A stretch of 64,000 bases of DNA from assembly GCA_964016885.1 (NCBI GenBank), contig OZ024742.1, forward strand, positions 8,680,001 to 8,744,000, in the 5' to 3' direction. Of the stretch, positions 44,106-58,245 are shown piece by piece (within the stretch, counting starts at the first letter, position 1; every line of letters starts with the position of its first letter). A program made the position numbers and the translations under genes. The DNA comes from Eledone cirrhosa. Its lineage: Eukaryota. The notes below the pieces were generated by a model. It worked only from the letters and a program-made list of their open reading frames with translations, made no database searches and was not told the origin of the DNA.

Positions 44106-47100
44106 GATTTAATGCTCTGAGATAGCGATATATATGTGAAGACAAACATAGAATATTCGAAAATATTCTGTATGTTTATAATAAACATTTTGAAGACCTA
44201 ATCGCTATAGAATAGAATACGTCACGTATTACAATTTGAGATTCTCGATAAAAGCAAGGGAAGTAACCTACGCGTTTCATTCTTATTAGAAATCATCAGG
44301 ATTACATATCCAATGCTTTTATCGAGAATGACAGGAGCTAGAGACTTATAGAATACTTAGCTGTGTACATGAACTGGTTTGAAAGAGCAGTAGTCGGTCC
44401 GGCAGAAATTAGAATTTGGATTTAATGCTCTGAAATAGCGATATATATGTGAAGACAAACATAGAATATTCGAAAATATTCTGTATGTTTATAATAAACA
44501 TTTTGAAGACCTAATCGCTATAGAATAGAATACGTCACGTATTATAATTTGAGATTCTCGATAAAAGCAAGGGAAGTAACCTACGCGTTTCATTCTTATT
44601 AGAAATCATCAGGATTACATACCCAATGCTTTTATCGAGAATGACACAGCTAGAGACTTATAGAATACTTAGCTGTGTACATGAACTGGTTTGAAAGAGC
44701 AGTAGTCGGTCCGGCAGAAATTAGAATTTGGATTTAATGCTCTGAAATAGCGATATATATGTGAAGACAAACATAGAATATTCGAAAATATTCTGTATGT
44801 TTATAATAAACATTTTGAAGACCTAATCGCTATAGAATAGAATACGTCACGTATTATAATTTGAGATTCTCGATAAAAGCAAGGGAAGTAACCTACGCGT
44901 TTCATTCTTATTAGAAATCATCAGGATTACATACCCAATGCTTTTATCGAGAATGACACAGCTAGAGACTTATAGAATACTTAGCTGTGTACATGAACTG
45001 GTTTGAAAGAGCAGTAGTCGGTCCGGCAGAAATTAGAATTTGGATTTAATGCTCTGAAATAGCGATATATATGTGAAGACAAACATAGAATATTCGAAAA
45101 TATTCTGTATGTTTATAATAAACATTTTGAAGACCTAATCGCTATAGAATAGAATACGTCACGTATTACAATTTGAGATTCTCGATAAAAGCAAGGGAAG
45201 TAACCTACGCGTTTCATTCTTATTAGAAATCATCAGGATTACATATCCAATGCTTTTATCGAGAATGACACAGCTAGAGACTTATAGAATACTTAGCTGT
45301 GTACATGAACTGGTTTGAAAGAGCAGTAGTCGGTCCGGCAGAAATTAGAATTTGGATTTAATGCTCTGAAATAGCGATATATATGTGAAGACAAACATAG
45401 AATATTCGAAAATATTTTGTATGTTTATAATAAACATTTTGAAGACCTAATCGCTATAGAATAGAATACGTCACGTATTACAATTTGAGATTCTCGATAA
45501 AAGCAAGGGAAGTAACCTACGCGTTTCATTCTTATTAGAAATCATCAGGATTACATATCCAATGCTTTTATCGAGAATGACAGGAGCTAGAGACTTATAG
45601 AATACTTAGCTGTGTACATGAACTGGTTTGAAAGAGCAGTAGTCGGTCCGGCAGAAATTAGAATTTGGATTTAATGCCCTGAAATAGCGATATATATGTG
45701 AAGACAAACATAGAATATTCGAAAATATTCTGTATGTTTATAATAAACATTTTGAAGACCTAATCGCTATAGAATAGAATACGTCACGTATTACAATTTG
45801 AGATTCTCGATAAAAGCAAGGGAAGTAATCTACGCGTTTCATTCTTATTAGAAATCATCAGGATTACATATCCAATGCTTTTATCGAGAATGACACAGCT
45901 AGAGACTTATAGAATACTTAGCTGTGTACATGAACTGGTTTGAAAGAGCAGTAGTCGGTCCGGCAGAAATTAGAATTTGGATTTAATGCTCTGAAATAGC
46001 GATATATATGTGAAGACAAACATAGAATATTCGAAAATATTCTGTATGTTTATAATAAACATTTTGAAGACCTAATCGCTATAGAATAGAATACGTCACG
46101 TATTACAATTTGAGATTCTCGATAAAAGCAAGGGAAGTAACCTACGCGTTTCATTCTTATTAGAAATCATCAGGATTACATATCCAATGCTTTTATCGAG
46201 AATGACACAGCTAGAGACTTATAGAATACTTAGCTGTGTACATGAACTGGTTTGAAAGAGCAGTAGTCGGTCCGGCAGAAATTAGAATTTGGATTTAATG
46301 CTCTGAAATAGCGATATATATGTGAAGACAAACATAGAATATTCGAAAATATTCTGTATGTTTATAATAAACATTTTGAAGACCTAATCGCTATAGAATA
46401 GAATACGTCACGTATTACAATTTGAGATTCTCGATAAAAGCAAGGGAAGTAACCTACGCGTTTCATTCTTATTAGAAATCATCAGGATTACATATCCAAT
46501 GCTTTTATCGAGAATGACACAGCTAGAGACTTATAGAATACTTAGCTGTGTACATGAACTGGTCTGAAAGAGCAGTAGTCGTTCCGGCAGAAATTAGAAT
46601 TTGGATTTAATGCTCTGAAATAGCGATATATATGTGAAGACAAACATAGAATATTCGAAAATATTCTGTATGTTTATAATAAACATTTTGAAGACCTAAT
46701 CGCTATAGAATAGAATACGTCACGTATTACAATTTGAGATTCTCGATAAAAGCAAGGGAAGTAACCTACGCGTTTCATTCTTATTAGAAATCATCAGGAT
46801 TACATATCCAATGCTTTTATCGAGAATGACACAGCTAGAGACTTATAGAATACTTAGCTGTGTACATGAACTGGTTTGAAAGAGCAGTAGTCGGTCCGGC
46901 AGAAATTAGAATTTGGATTTAATGCTCTGAAATAGCGATATATATGTGAAGACAAACATAGAATATTCGAAAATATTCTGTATGTTTATAATAAACATTT
47001 TGAAGACCTAATCGCTATAGAATAGAATACGTCACGTATTACAATTTGAGATTCTCGATAAAAGCAAGGGAAGTAACCTACGCGTTTCATTCTTATTAGA

Positions 47101-49350
47101 AATCATCAGGATTACATATCCAATGCTTTTATCGAGAATGACACAGCTAGAGACTTATAGAGTACTTAGCTGTGTACATGAACTGGTTTGAAAGAGCAGT
47201 AGTCGGTCCGGCAGAAATTAGAATTTGGATTTAATGCTCTGAAATAGCGATATATATGTGAAGACAAACATAGAATATTCGAAAATATTCTGTATGTTTA
47301 TAATAAACATTTTGAAGACCTAATCGCTATAGAATAGAATACGTCACGTATTACAATTTGAGATTCTCGATAAAAGCAAGGGAAGTAACCTACGCGTTTC
47401 ATTCTTATTAGAAATCATCAGGATTACATATCCAATGCTTTTATCGAGAATGACACAGCTAGAAACTTATAGAATACTTAGCTGTGTACATGAACTGGTT
47501 TGAAAGAGCAGTAGTCGGTCCGGCAGAAATTAGAATTTGGATTTAATGCTCTGAAATAGCGATATATATGTGAAGACAAACATAGAATATTCGAAAATAT
47601 TCTGTATGTTTATAATAAACATTTTGAAGACCTAATCGCTATAGAATAGAATACGTCACGTATTACAATTTGAGATTCTCGATAAAAGCAAGGGAAGTAA
47701 CCTACGCGTTTCATTCTTATTAGAAATCATCAGGATTACATATCCAATGCTTTTATCGAGAATGACACAGCTAGAGACTTATAGAATACTTAGCTGTGTA
47801 CATGAACTGGTTTGAAAGAGCAGTAGTCGGTCCGGCAGAAATTAGAATTTGGATTTAATGCTCTGAAATAGCGATATATATGTGAAGACAAACATAGAAT
47901 ATTCGAAAATATTCTGTATGTTTATAATAAACATTTTGAAGACCTAATCGCTATAGAATAGAATACGTCACGTATTACAATTTGAGATTCTCGATAAAAG
48001 CAAGGGAAGTAACCTACGCGTTTCATTCTTATTAGAAATCATCAGGATTACATATCCAATGCTTTTATCGAGAATGACACAGCTAGAGACTTATAGAGTA
48101 CTTAGCTGTGTACATGAACTGGTTTGAAAGAGCAGTAGTCGGTCCGGCAGAAATTAGAATTTGGATTTAATGCTCTGAAATAGCGATATATATGTGAAGA
48201 CAAACATAGAATATTCGAAAATATTCTGTATGTTTATAATAAACATTTTGAAGACCTAATCGCTATAGAATAGAATACGTCACGTATTACAATTTGAGAT
48301 TCTCGATAAAAGCAAGGGAAGTAACCTACGCGTTTCATTCTTATTAGAAATCATCAGGATTACATATCCAATGCTTTTATCGAGAATGACACAGCTAGAA
48401 ACTTATAGAATACTTAGCTGTGTACATGAACTGGTTTGAAAGAGCAGTAGTCGGTCCGGCAGAAATTAGAATTTGGATTTAATGCTCTGAAATAGCGATA
48501 TATATGTGAAGACAAACATAGAATATTCGAAAATATTCTGTATGTTTATAATAAACATTTTGAAGACCTAATCGCTATAGAATAGAATACGTCACGTATT
48601 ACAATTTGAGATTCTCGATAAAAGCAAGGGAAGTAACCTACGCGTTTCATTCTTATTAGAAATCATCAGGATTACATATCCAATGCTTTTATCGAGAATG
48701 ACACAGCTAGAGACTTATAGAATACTTAGCTGTGTACATGAACTGGTCTGAAAGAGCAGTAGTCGTTCCGGCAGAAATTAGAATTTGGATTTAATGCTCT
48801 GAAATAGCGATATATATGTGAAGACAAACATAGAATATTCGAAAATATTCTGTATGTTTATAATAAACATTTTGAAGACCTAATCGCTATAGAATAGAAT
48901 ACGTCACGTATTACAATTTGAGATTCTCGATAAAAGCAAGGGAAGTAACCTACGCGTTTCATTCTTATTAGAAATCATCAGGATTACATATCCAATGCTT
49001 TTATCGAGAATGACACAGCTAGAGACTTATAGAATACTTAGCTGTGTACATGAACTGGTTTGAAAGAGCAGTAGTCGGTCCGGCAGAAATTAGAATTTGG
49101 ATTTAATGCTCTGAAATAGCGATATATATGTGAAGACAAACATAGAATATTCGAAAATATTCTGTATGTTTATAATAAACATTTTGAAGACCTAATCGCT
49201 ATAGAATAGAATACGTCACGTATTACAATTTGAGATTCTCGATAAAAGCAAGGGAAGTAACCTACGCGTTTCATTCTTATTAGAAATCATCAGGATTACA
49301 TATCCAATGCTTTTATCGAGAATGACACAGCTAGAGACTTATAGAATACT
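44101..49350 (-). repeat. 312-bp tandem array, 17 units (last one partial), each encoding a type I hammerhead ribozyme
   Basis: Unit starts: 44101, 44414, 44726, 45038, 45350, 45663, 45975, 46287, 46599, 46911, 47223, 47535, 47847, 48159, 48471, 48783, 49095. Confidence 0.97.
44241..44329 (-). ncRNA. Type I hammerhead ribozyme in unit 1, repeated in all 17 units
   Basis: Minus strand: attctcgataaaagca ttggatat gtaatc CTGATGA t ttct aata agaa t GAAAC gc GTA ggttac ttccct tgcttttatcgagaat. Predicted cleavage between 44269 and 44268. Confidence 0.85.
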
Positions 49351-49582
49351 TTGGACTTGACTCGCTCTTCCTCACTTTTCGTTGCTTCACCATCCTTGTT
49401 TGTTTACTTTGTCGCTGTTCCCTTTATTTATATGTCCCAACGACTTTCTTTAGCCGTTGCTTGCACCAACCGGAGGTATATGGTCTTTAAAGCGAAGAAA
49501 TACCGATGATGGTTGGAAGATCACTGTTTAAGGACCACTTTATTCATATGTAACCCATTTGCAACTCCGCAGCACGTTTATT

Positions 49583-49658
<76 letters not shown>

Positions 49659-51244
49659 TATATAAATATATATGTATATATACACATACGGATACGATAT
49701 TATTAGTTAAATGATTAGTAAGAACATTACTTTACGTGAAACACAATATGTACAAGCAAGCAAATGGTTTAAGATTGACCGCGGTCCGTACATCTAGTGA
49801 TTAATCTATAACCAATCAATGAGCCATTTTGACTGAAAAATAATAATAAAGAAAAACCAAATTAGCCGCCACCATGGACCAAAATCTTGAACTAGATGTA
49901 AGGTACGTCATTTTCTTGTGGGTTGATAGAAGAGTTTCGAGAAAGGCGTTTGCTTCGTACCACAGTGTGGGTGTGTTATTTTAAACTATTATCCTGACAT
50001 AAGGGTGTAATATTGTTGTTGTGGTTGTTGTTGTTGTTGTTGTTGTCGATAATGCTAATGATGATGGTGATGATGATGAGGATGATGATGATGATAATGA
50101 TGAGGAGGAGGTGGTGAAGTGGTGGCGACTGAAGTGAGGAAGGTGTAGGAGATAATGATTCTTTCTAATGATGTGCTATGTACTATTAGATCAATGGGTG
50201 TGGGCATTGTGTCTCTTTCCTGGCTTTTTACTTCAAACGTTTATTAATACTTTTTTTGTAATTTCCTTACTTAGTTTCTTCCATGCTGAGATTTATTTCG
50301 GTCTCTGTCTGCTTCGTAAGTATTGTACTTGATGCTGTGACTGGTTTTGATGAGGGTGGCTATTTCTGGTATATATCTTGATGTCTTGTGGGATCTTTTC
50401 TTTAGATGTGTCCACGATAATTGTTTTGTCGACTTTATATAATGCATCTCCTACACTAGTGATTGTGTTCTTGTGGAATACTGAAAACCTTGAATCTCTT
50501 TCTTGGGGAACTCATAACATTATGCATTCTTGAAATATATAAAAGTGTATTTTGCTTTCATCATTCCTTAGCGAATATTTTCTGTTGATAATTAGTAGAT
50601 GATCCAAGCAAAGCTAGGGAATCGTTTAGCAATTGTGCGTTGCAGTAGGTTGTGATGGGTAGAATATGATGTCCGAGGAAGATGTTTAGTATGACACATG
50701 TATGGTTGTTGGTGTGGATTGTTAAGGATGGTTTTGGAGTCTAGTTGTGAAGATAGTAGGTCCATTCTACTAATACTTTAACTATTTGTAAACAGGAAGA
50801 TGACACATTTATTGAACTCAAGCGGAATTAGGCTTTTGTCAACTTTACATTTTTTTTGTAAGATACGAAGACGTGGTAACTAGGGACTTTACTCTTGTGA
50901 CGATGACAAAATATTTCGTAAAATAATAATATATTGTTTACAAAACAGTTAAATATATAGAAAAAAAAACAACTAATATTGGAACATTTCCCTGTGACAA
51001 AGTGAAGAAGATATTATTCAAACTTAAATTACATATAACAATAAAAATAAACAAAAGTAAACAGAAAAGATAAATTTACACGTCTCTGTGTAAAACAAAA
51101 TTCAAAGCAACCCCAGTTTGTCTAAACAATCTACCACAGTTTGGGTACCGGGTGGTAAATAGGAAGGTGAGTAGACGCTGAGATACACGCCGTAAAATCA
51201 TATAAAACAAATGAATGTAGGATTGGCATAATGGAGCCCCGGAT

Positions 51245-51436
51245 ATAATTGTTTCTATTTTTGGCACAAGGCCAGCAATTAACCAGTGTATTACTGGTAC
51301 TATATTTTATCGACTCCGTAAGGATGAAAGGCAAAGTTAACCTCGGCTCAGCGGGATTTGAACTCAGAATGGCAACGGCCGTAACTCTATGCGTCAAAGT
51401 ATGACGGCCGACCCTCTACCGATACTGCCAATCCAC
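51245..51436 (-). mobile_element. tRNA-derived SINE (main family)
   Basis: Reverse-complement match to 43253-43440. Confidence 0.85.
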
Positions 51437-51517
51437 GGATATAATGTCTGAAAATAAGATATCGATCTCAGGATTAAAGTGATTTTCATCAAAGTGTTGT
51501 TAGGTGGTTTTGGTTGC

Positions 51518-51548
<31 letters not shown>

Positions 51549-51716
51549 TTGAAATCCTTGCAGGTGGTGGTGGTGGGCAAGAACGTTGATTGGTTGTTGT
51601 ATGAGAGACATCGTTTCATAACTTTCAATGTAATTCATTAGTTAAGAAAGTCAGCCATAGCACAAGTCAGGTCACGTAGCAGACGATAAAATAATTACGC
51701 CATATTTCCTAACTCC

Positions 51717-54026
51717 CTAGACATACCACTGAGTTTACCAACACCACCCGCCACTAACAGACTATATCTAGACATACCACTGAGTTTACCAACACCACCC
51801 GCCACTAACAGACTATATCTAGACATACCACCACACCGAGTTTACCAACACCACCCCGCCACTAACAGACTATATCTAGACATACCACCACACCGAGTTT
51901 ACCAACACCACCCGCCACTAACAGACTATATCTAGACATACCACTGAGTTTACTAACACCACCCGCCACTAACAGACTATATCTAGACATACCACTGAGT
52001 TTACCAACACCACCCGCCACTAACAGACTATATCTAGACATACCACCACACCGAGTTTACCAACACCACCCGCCACTAACAGACTATATCTAGACATACC
52101 ACCACACCGAGTTTACCAACACCACCCGCCACTAACAGATTATATCTAGACATACCACCACACCGAGTTTACCAACACCACCCCGCCACTAACATACTAT
52201 AACTAGACATACCACCACACCGAGTTTACCAACACCACCCCGCCATTAACGGACTATATCTAGACATACCACCACACCGAGTTTACCAACACCACCCCGC
52301 CATTACCAGACTATATCTAGACATACCACCACACCGAGTTTACCAACACCACCCCGCCATTACCAGACTATATCTAGACATACCACCATACCGAGTTTAC
52401 CAACACCACCCCGCCATTACCAGACTATATCTAGACATACCACCACACCGAGTTTACCAACACCACCCCGCCATTACCAGACTATATCTAGACATACCAC
52501 CACACCGAGTTTACCAACACCACCCCGCCATTACCAGACTATATCTAGACATACCACCACACCGAGTTTACCAACACCACCCCGCCATTACCAGACTATA
52601 TCTAGACATACCACCACACCGAGTTTACCAACACCACCCCGCCATTACCAGACTATATATAGACATACCACCATACCGAGTTTACCAACACCACCCCGCC
52701 ACTAACAGACTATAACTAGACATACCACCACACCGAGTTTACCAACACCACCCCGCCATTACCAGACTATATCTAGACATACCACCACACCGAGTTTACC
52801 AACACCACCCCACCATTACCAGACTATATCTAGACATACCACCACACCGAGTTTACCAACACCACCCCGCCACTAACATACTATAACTAGACATACCACC
52901 ACACCGAGTTTACCAACACCACCCCGCCACTAACAGACTATATCTAGACATACCACCACACCGAGTTTACCAACACCACCCCGCCACTAACATACTATAA
53001 CTAGACATACCACCACACCGAGTTTACCAACACCACCCCGCCACTAACAGACTATATCTAGACATACCACCACACCGAGTTTACCAACACCACCCCGCCA
53101 CTAACAGACTATAACTAAACATACCACCACACCAAGTTTACCAACACCACCCCGCCATTACCAGACTATATCTAGACATACCACCACACTGAGTTTACCA
53201 ACACCACCCCGCCACTAACAGACTATAACTAAACATACCACCACACCAAGTTTACCAACACCACCCCGCCATTACCAGACTATATCTAGACATACCACCA
53301 CACCAAGTTTACCAACACCACCCCGCCATTACCAGACTATATCTAGACATACCACCACACCGAGTTTACCAACACCACCCCGCCACTAACAAACTATATA
53401 TAGACATACCACCATACCGAGTTTACCAACACCACCCCGCCACTAACAGACTATAACTAGACATACCACCACACCGAGTTTACCAACACCACCCCGCCAT
53501 TACCAGACTATATCTAGACATACCACCACACCGAGTTTACCAACACCACCCCGCCATTACCAGACTATATCTAGACATACCACCACACCGAGTTTACCAA
53601 CACCACCCCGCCACTAACAGACTATAACTAGACATACCACCACACCGAGTTTACCAACACCACCCCACCATTACCAGACTATATCTGGACATACCACCAC
53701 ACCGAGTTTACCAACACCACCCCGCCACTAACATACTATAACTAGACATACCACCACACCGAGTTTACCAACACCACCCCGCCACTAACAAACTATATCT
53801 AGACATACCACCACACCGAGTTTACCAACACCACCCCGCCACTAACATACTATAACTAGACATACCACCACACCGAGTTTACCAACACCACCCCGCCACT
53901 AACAAACTATATCTAGACATACCACCATACCGAGTTTACCAACACGACCCCGCCACTAACAAACTATAACTAGACATACCACCACACCGAGTTTACCAAC
54001 ACCACCCCGCCATTACCAGACTATAC
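51717..54026. repeat. 57-bp minisatellite, ~41 copies (51-56-bp variants at the left end)
   Basis: Unit ctagacataccaccacaccgagtttaccaacaccaccccgccattaccagactatat. Confidence 0.96.
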
Positions 54027-54439
54027 ATCCTAACTACAGAGCCTCACACCGACTATACAACACACCGTGCCACTAAGAGACTGTATTCTAACTCCGTAGA
54101 CATACACCGACTATAACCTCCCCACCCCACACTACCAAAAAAACTTACTTTTATTTGGCTTCACTCATTTCCTTTCTCTAGAAATTCTTCTAGAATCTTC
54201 TAATTATAATTAGTGTACGTTGCTTTTGTCGTTCAACATCTGATATTGTTCATATTCCAAGATGGATCTAATAATAGTAAGACTCTCTCACACAATTAGA
54301 CCTTCCCCACTAACCTACCTTATAAAATACACACACACACACACACATATATATACACACATATATATATATACATATATACATATTTATATATACATAC
54401 ATAAATATATATATATATAAACACACATATATATATATG

Positions 54440-54505
<66 letters not shown>

Positions 54506-54564
54506 TATATACATACACACACATACAAACACACACACACATATATATATATATATACACACAC

Positions 54565-54602
<38 letters not shown>

Positions 54603-54628
54603 ATATATATAAGCACACACATATATAT

Positions 54629-54670
<42 letters not shown>

Positions 54671-54678
54671 GCACACAT

Positions 54679-54726
<48 letters not shown>

Positions 54727-54748
54727 GCACATATATATATATATATAC

Positions 54749-54786
<38 letters not shown>

Positions 54787-54808
54787 ATATAAACACACAC
54801 ATATATAT

Positions 54809-54872
<64 letters not shown>

Positions 54873-55573
54873 CACACACACACATACACAGACACAGACA
54901 CACACACACATATATATATATATACGAGTAATGCACAGTTTTGCAGTATTTTTGTCTTGGCTAATGTCGGCATCAGCCAATTAAGACAGAACTTTCTGGA
55001 GGTAAATTATATATGAGAAGTAATCAGTGACCAACGACAAGATTACTCACTAAAATATGTCCTATTGTAGAGAGATATTTTTAACAACTGCAGATTTGTT
55101 TCAGGAAGTTTCTATGAGAAGGTTTAAAGAATTACTAATGTTCTCATCCGTTGAAGTTCACTTCTGTATCCTTACTAATTGTCAGTGATACACAAACACA
55201 CACACATATATGTATATATATATATATACACACACACATATATACATATATATATATATATGTATATATATATAAATAAATATATATATATATATATATG
55301 TACATATATATATATATATATGTGTACATATATATACATATATGTGTCTATATAAAAATATAGAGAGTGAGATACAAAAACCACAGACCCTCCATCTCAA
55401 CTCTACTTTTGAAAAGCAGAAGAACTGCGAAACCGGTAAAGGAACCAAATAAATATATATATTTAAAAAAAAAATAAGACTCCAGTCGCATTTTCGATTT
55501 CATCTCTTTTTCTTTATACTTTCACTCGTGTAGGACACCTCGGTTATTTTTCATTTTGTAAATAAAACCTCAC

Positions 55574-55683
<110 letters not shown>

Positions 55684-57289
55684 AGATACATTTATATATA
55701 TATAGAAAGATAGATATATAGATAGATAGAAAGAGAGAGAGGGGGGAGAGAGAGAGTGTGATAGATAGGGATAAACAGAGGGAGACAGAGACACATATAT
55801 ATACATACATAAATATATGTGTGTGTATGTGTGTCTGTATGTGTGTCTACTGGGTATTGCAGCGCATAATTCGATCCGGTATCCAAGTTGACATTACGAT
55901 TCTGAATTCAAATATGTTGATTGACTTTGGGTTGTTCTTACTGTTTGCTATGGTGTAAATATTGTCGAGTTCTAACACTTTGCTATGAAACACGTATTGT
56001 TTAGTTCTTACTGTTTGCTGTGGTATGCCTATTTTTAGTTCTGACTATTTGCTATTATATATGTATTGCAGAGTTCGAACTGTTTACTATGGTATACGTA
56101 TTGTATAGCATGATAAAAATGATCGTCGCCCTTCCATATGCAGTCCATTGTCAAACGTGTCTCTCACAAAACCCTATACTTTCATTATATCACAACCTTA
56201 ATAATCTACCCTTTGTTTTGGGAGAAATGTTTCGACTTAAAAAGTCAACTTATACGCCACTAGTTACGGCGTTTTGTGTGCTACAACAGTAAATAATTTA
56301 ACGGAGGACGAGAGATGTGTATGTATCCACATACATTTATATATGTAAAGAGTAGAGTATTTAAGCGAGGAAATCTGTATGTATCAACATACATTTATAT
56401 ATATAAACGGTTGTGGATTAACGCGAGTAAATGTATGTATATATACACATTTATACATGCAAAGAGTAGAAGATTTAAGAGTGAAAATGTGTATATATCG
56501 ACACACATCTATATATGTAAAAGCGAGAAAATATCTATGTATCGACATATTTATATATGTAAACATGTAAGCATAATTTATTCAAGTATTTCGGTGTATA
56601 TTGTAAAAGGAGAAACAGCTTGTTTCGAATTTCGGACCTTGTTAAGCCCATTATTAGAATCCATTTACATCTGCTTAGCTACGGAATCTCTCAGAATATT
56701 TAGATTTCTGTAACAGATAGTCAATGCTACATGGTAATTCTTCAACAGCATACGGGGATACTAATTAGAGAGCGTGGAAAATGCATTTGATGAGAATCAT
56801 GTTTGGAGTATCTAATTTAATTAACATACCAAGAGAATTATTAAGGATATAAAAAGGTTTGGAGCTCCGTCGTTTGCGGAAGCAAAACTTGTTTTCAGAC
56901 AAATTCCCAAATTACTTCACAAGCTTCTCATAATGCAACACTAGAGAAATAATTTGGGGAACATGTATTAACCTGAAAACAGTGATACGGTATTATTTCT
57001 ATCTTTTCTAGAAGTATCTAACACATTCACGCACACACACTCATATATGTACATATATATACAGACAAACGCATACACACACGCACACATACATATACAG
57101 ACATACTGGCACGCACACACATATATACACATGCGTACGTGTATAATAGTTTTTCACAAGCAACACCAACTAACTCATCCAAAATCAAAGACAGATTATT
57201 ATTTCTGACTTCAAGGACTTCAGATTAACAGAATCATAAAAATTTTGGACAAAATGGGTTGCTATGGTCCACTTGGCATTTTATTTTTT

Positions 57290-57600
57290 CTTCCCAGGTC
57301 GATAAAATAAAGTACCAGTAAGAAACTGGTGTCGTCGCAATCGACGTTTCCCTCCCCACCAAATTATTGGCCTTTTCGCTAAACCTGAATTCATTATATT
57401 TGATTGGTGGATTGGCAGAATGGTTTGTCGGACAAAAGCAATATTTGTTCAGTTCCTTATTTTCTCAGTTCAAATCTCTCCGAGTCAACTTTCCCTTTCA
57501 TCCGTCCAAGGTCGATCAGATAAAGTGTCAGTTAAATACTGGGGTTGATATAAAATTTCCCTCTTCCCATAAATTGTTGGCCTTATTCCTATTTTAGAAA
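57290..57600 (+). mobile_element. Partial and diverged SINE copies
   Basis: ggtcgataaaataaagtaccag near 57297; tggattggcagaatgg..agttcaaatc..ctttcatcc from ~57407. Confidence 0.7.
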
Positions 57601-57644
57601 ATGCTTATATCTTCAAACTTCATTTATGAAAGATGAAGAAATAA

Positions 57645-57806
57645 CTGTTTCTACTTTTGGCACAAGGCCAGCAATTATCCCAATGTATTACTAGTACTTT
57701 ATTTTATCGACCCCGTAAGGATGAAAGGCAAAGTTAATCAGAACATAAAGGGCCGTAACTCTTTTCTGCAAAGTATGGCGTCCGACCCTCTACCGATACT
57801 GCCAAT
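57645..57806 (-). mobile_element. SINE copy with an internal deletion
   Basis: Reverse complement of the main SINE family; gaagatgaagaaataac-like direct repeats on both sides may be a target-site duplication. Confidence 0.8.
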
Positions 57807-58084
57807 ACCCTTTGAAGATGAAGAAATAACAATGTTTAATCACTACAGTGTGTCTTGTTCTATCAATCGATCAGCCAAGTCCCATAACTGGAACTGCCAG
57901 TCGTTGAGGTTCCACTCTAGACGTGTTCCTGTGTCTTGTCCATCGTGGCATTTCAATGGACCTCAGAAATGCCTGGCTGAGCCCATATCTTCTTCAAGCG
58001 CCCCGTCCCTCATTAAGTTTAGCCTGCCACCATAAGTAGTTAGGTAGGGTTGTGTTAGTAGCTTGTCAGATATACATTATGGGT

Positions 58085-58245
58085 TCTGATTTAGGTACAG
58101 CACCAACAATTTCAGGGGAGGATAAAGTCGATTATATGGAACCCAGTACGTCTGTGGTACTTTATTTTATCGACCCCCGTAAAGATGAAAGGCTGAGTGA
58201 ACCTTGGCAGGATTTTAACTCAGAACATAGAGAGCCGTAACTATA
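58085..58245 (-). mobile_element. Diverged SINE copy
   Basis: ggtactttattttatcgacccccgtaaagatgaaaggc. Confidence 0.75.

Noticed and set aside
44101-49350. CRISPR array or rDNA/5S/tRNA tandem
   Set aside because: Units are near-identical throughout with no unique spacers, no cas genes, and no recognisable rRNA or tRNA fold.
50170-50760. Possible decayed coding sequence on the minus strand
   Set aside because: Multiple stops and no motif I could recognise; needs BLASTX.
51717-54026. CRISPR-like periodicity
   Set aside because: No variable spacers; this is an ordinary minisatellite in a eukaryotic context.
54310-55016. YI/CV/HT-rich ORFs here and throughout the track
   Set aside because: Dinucleotide microsatellite translations.
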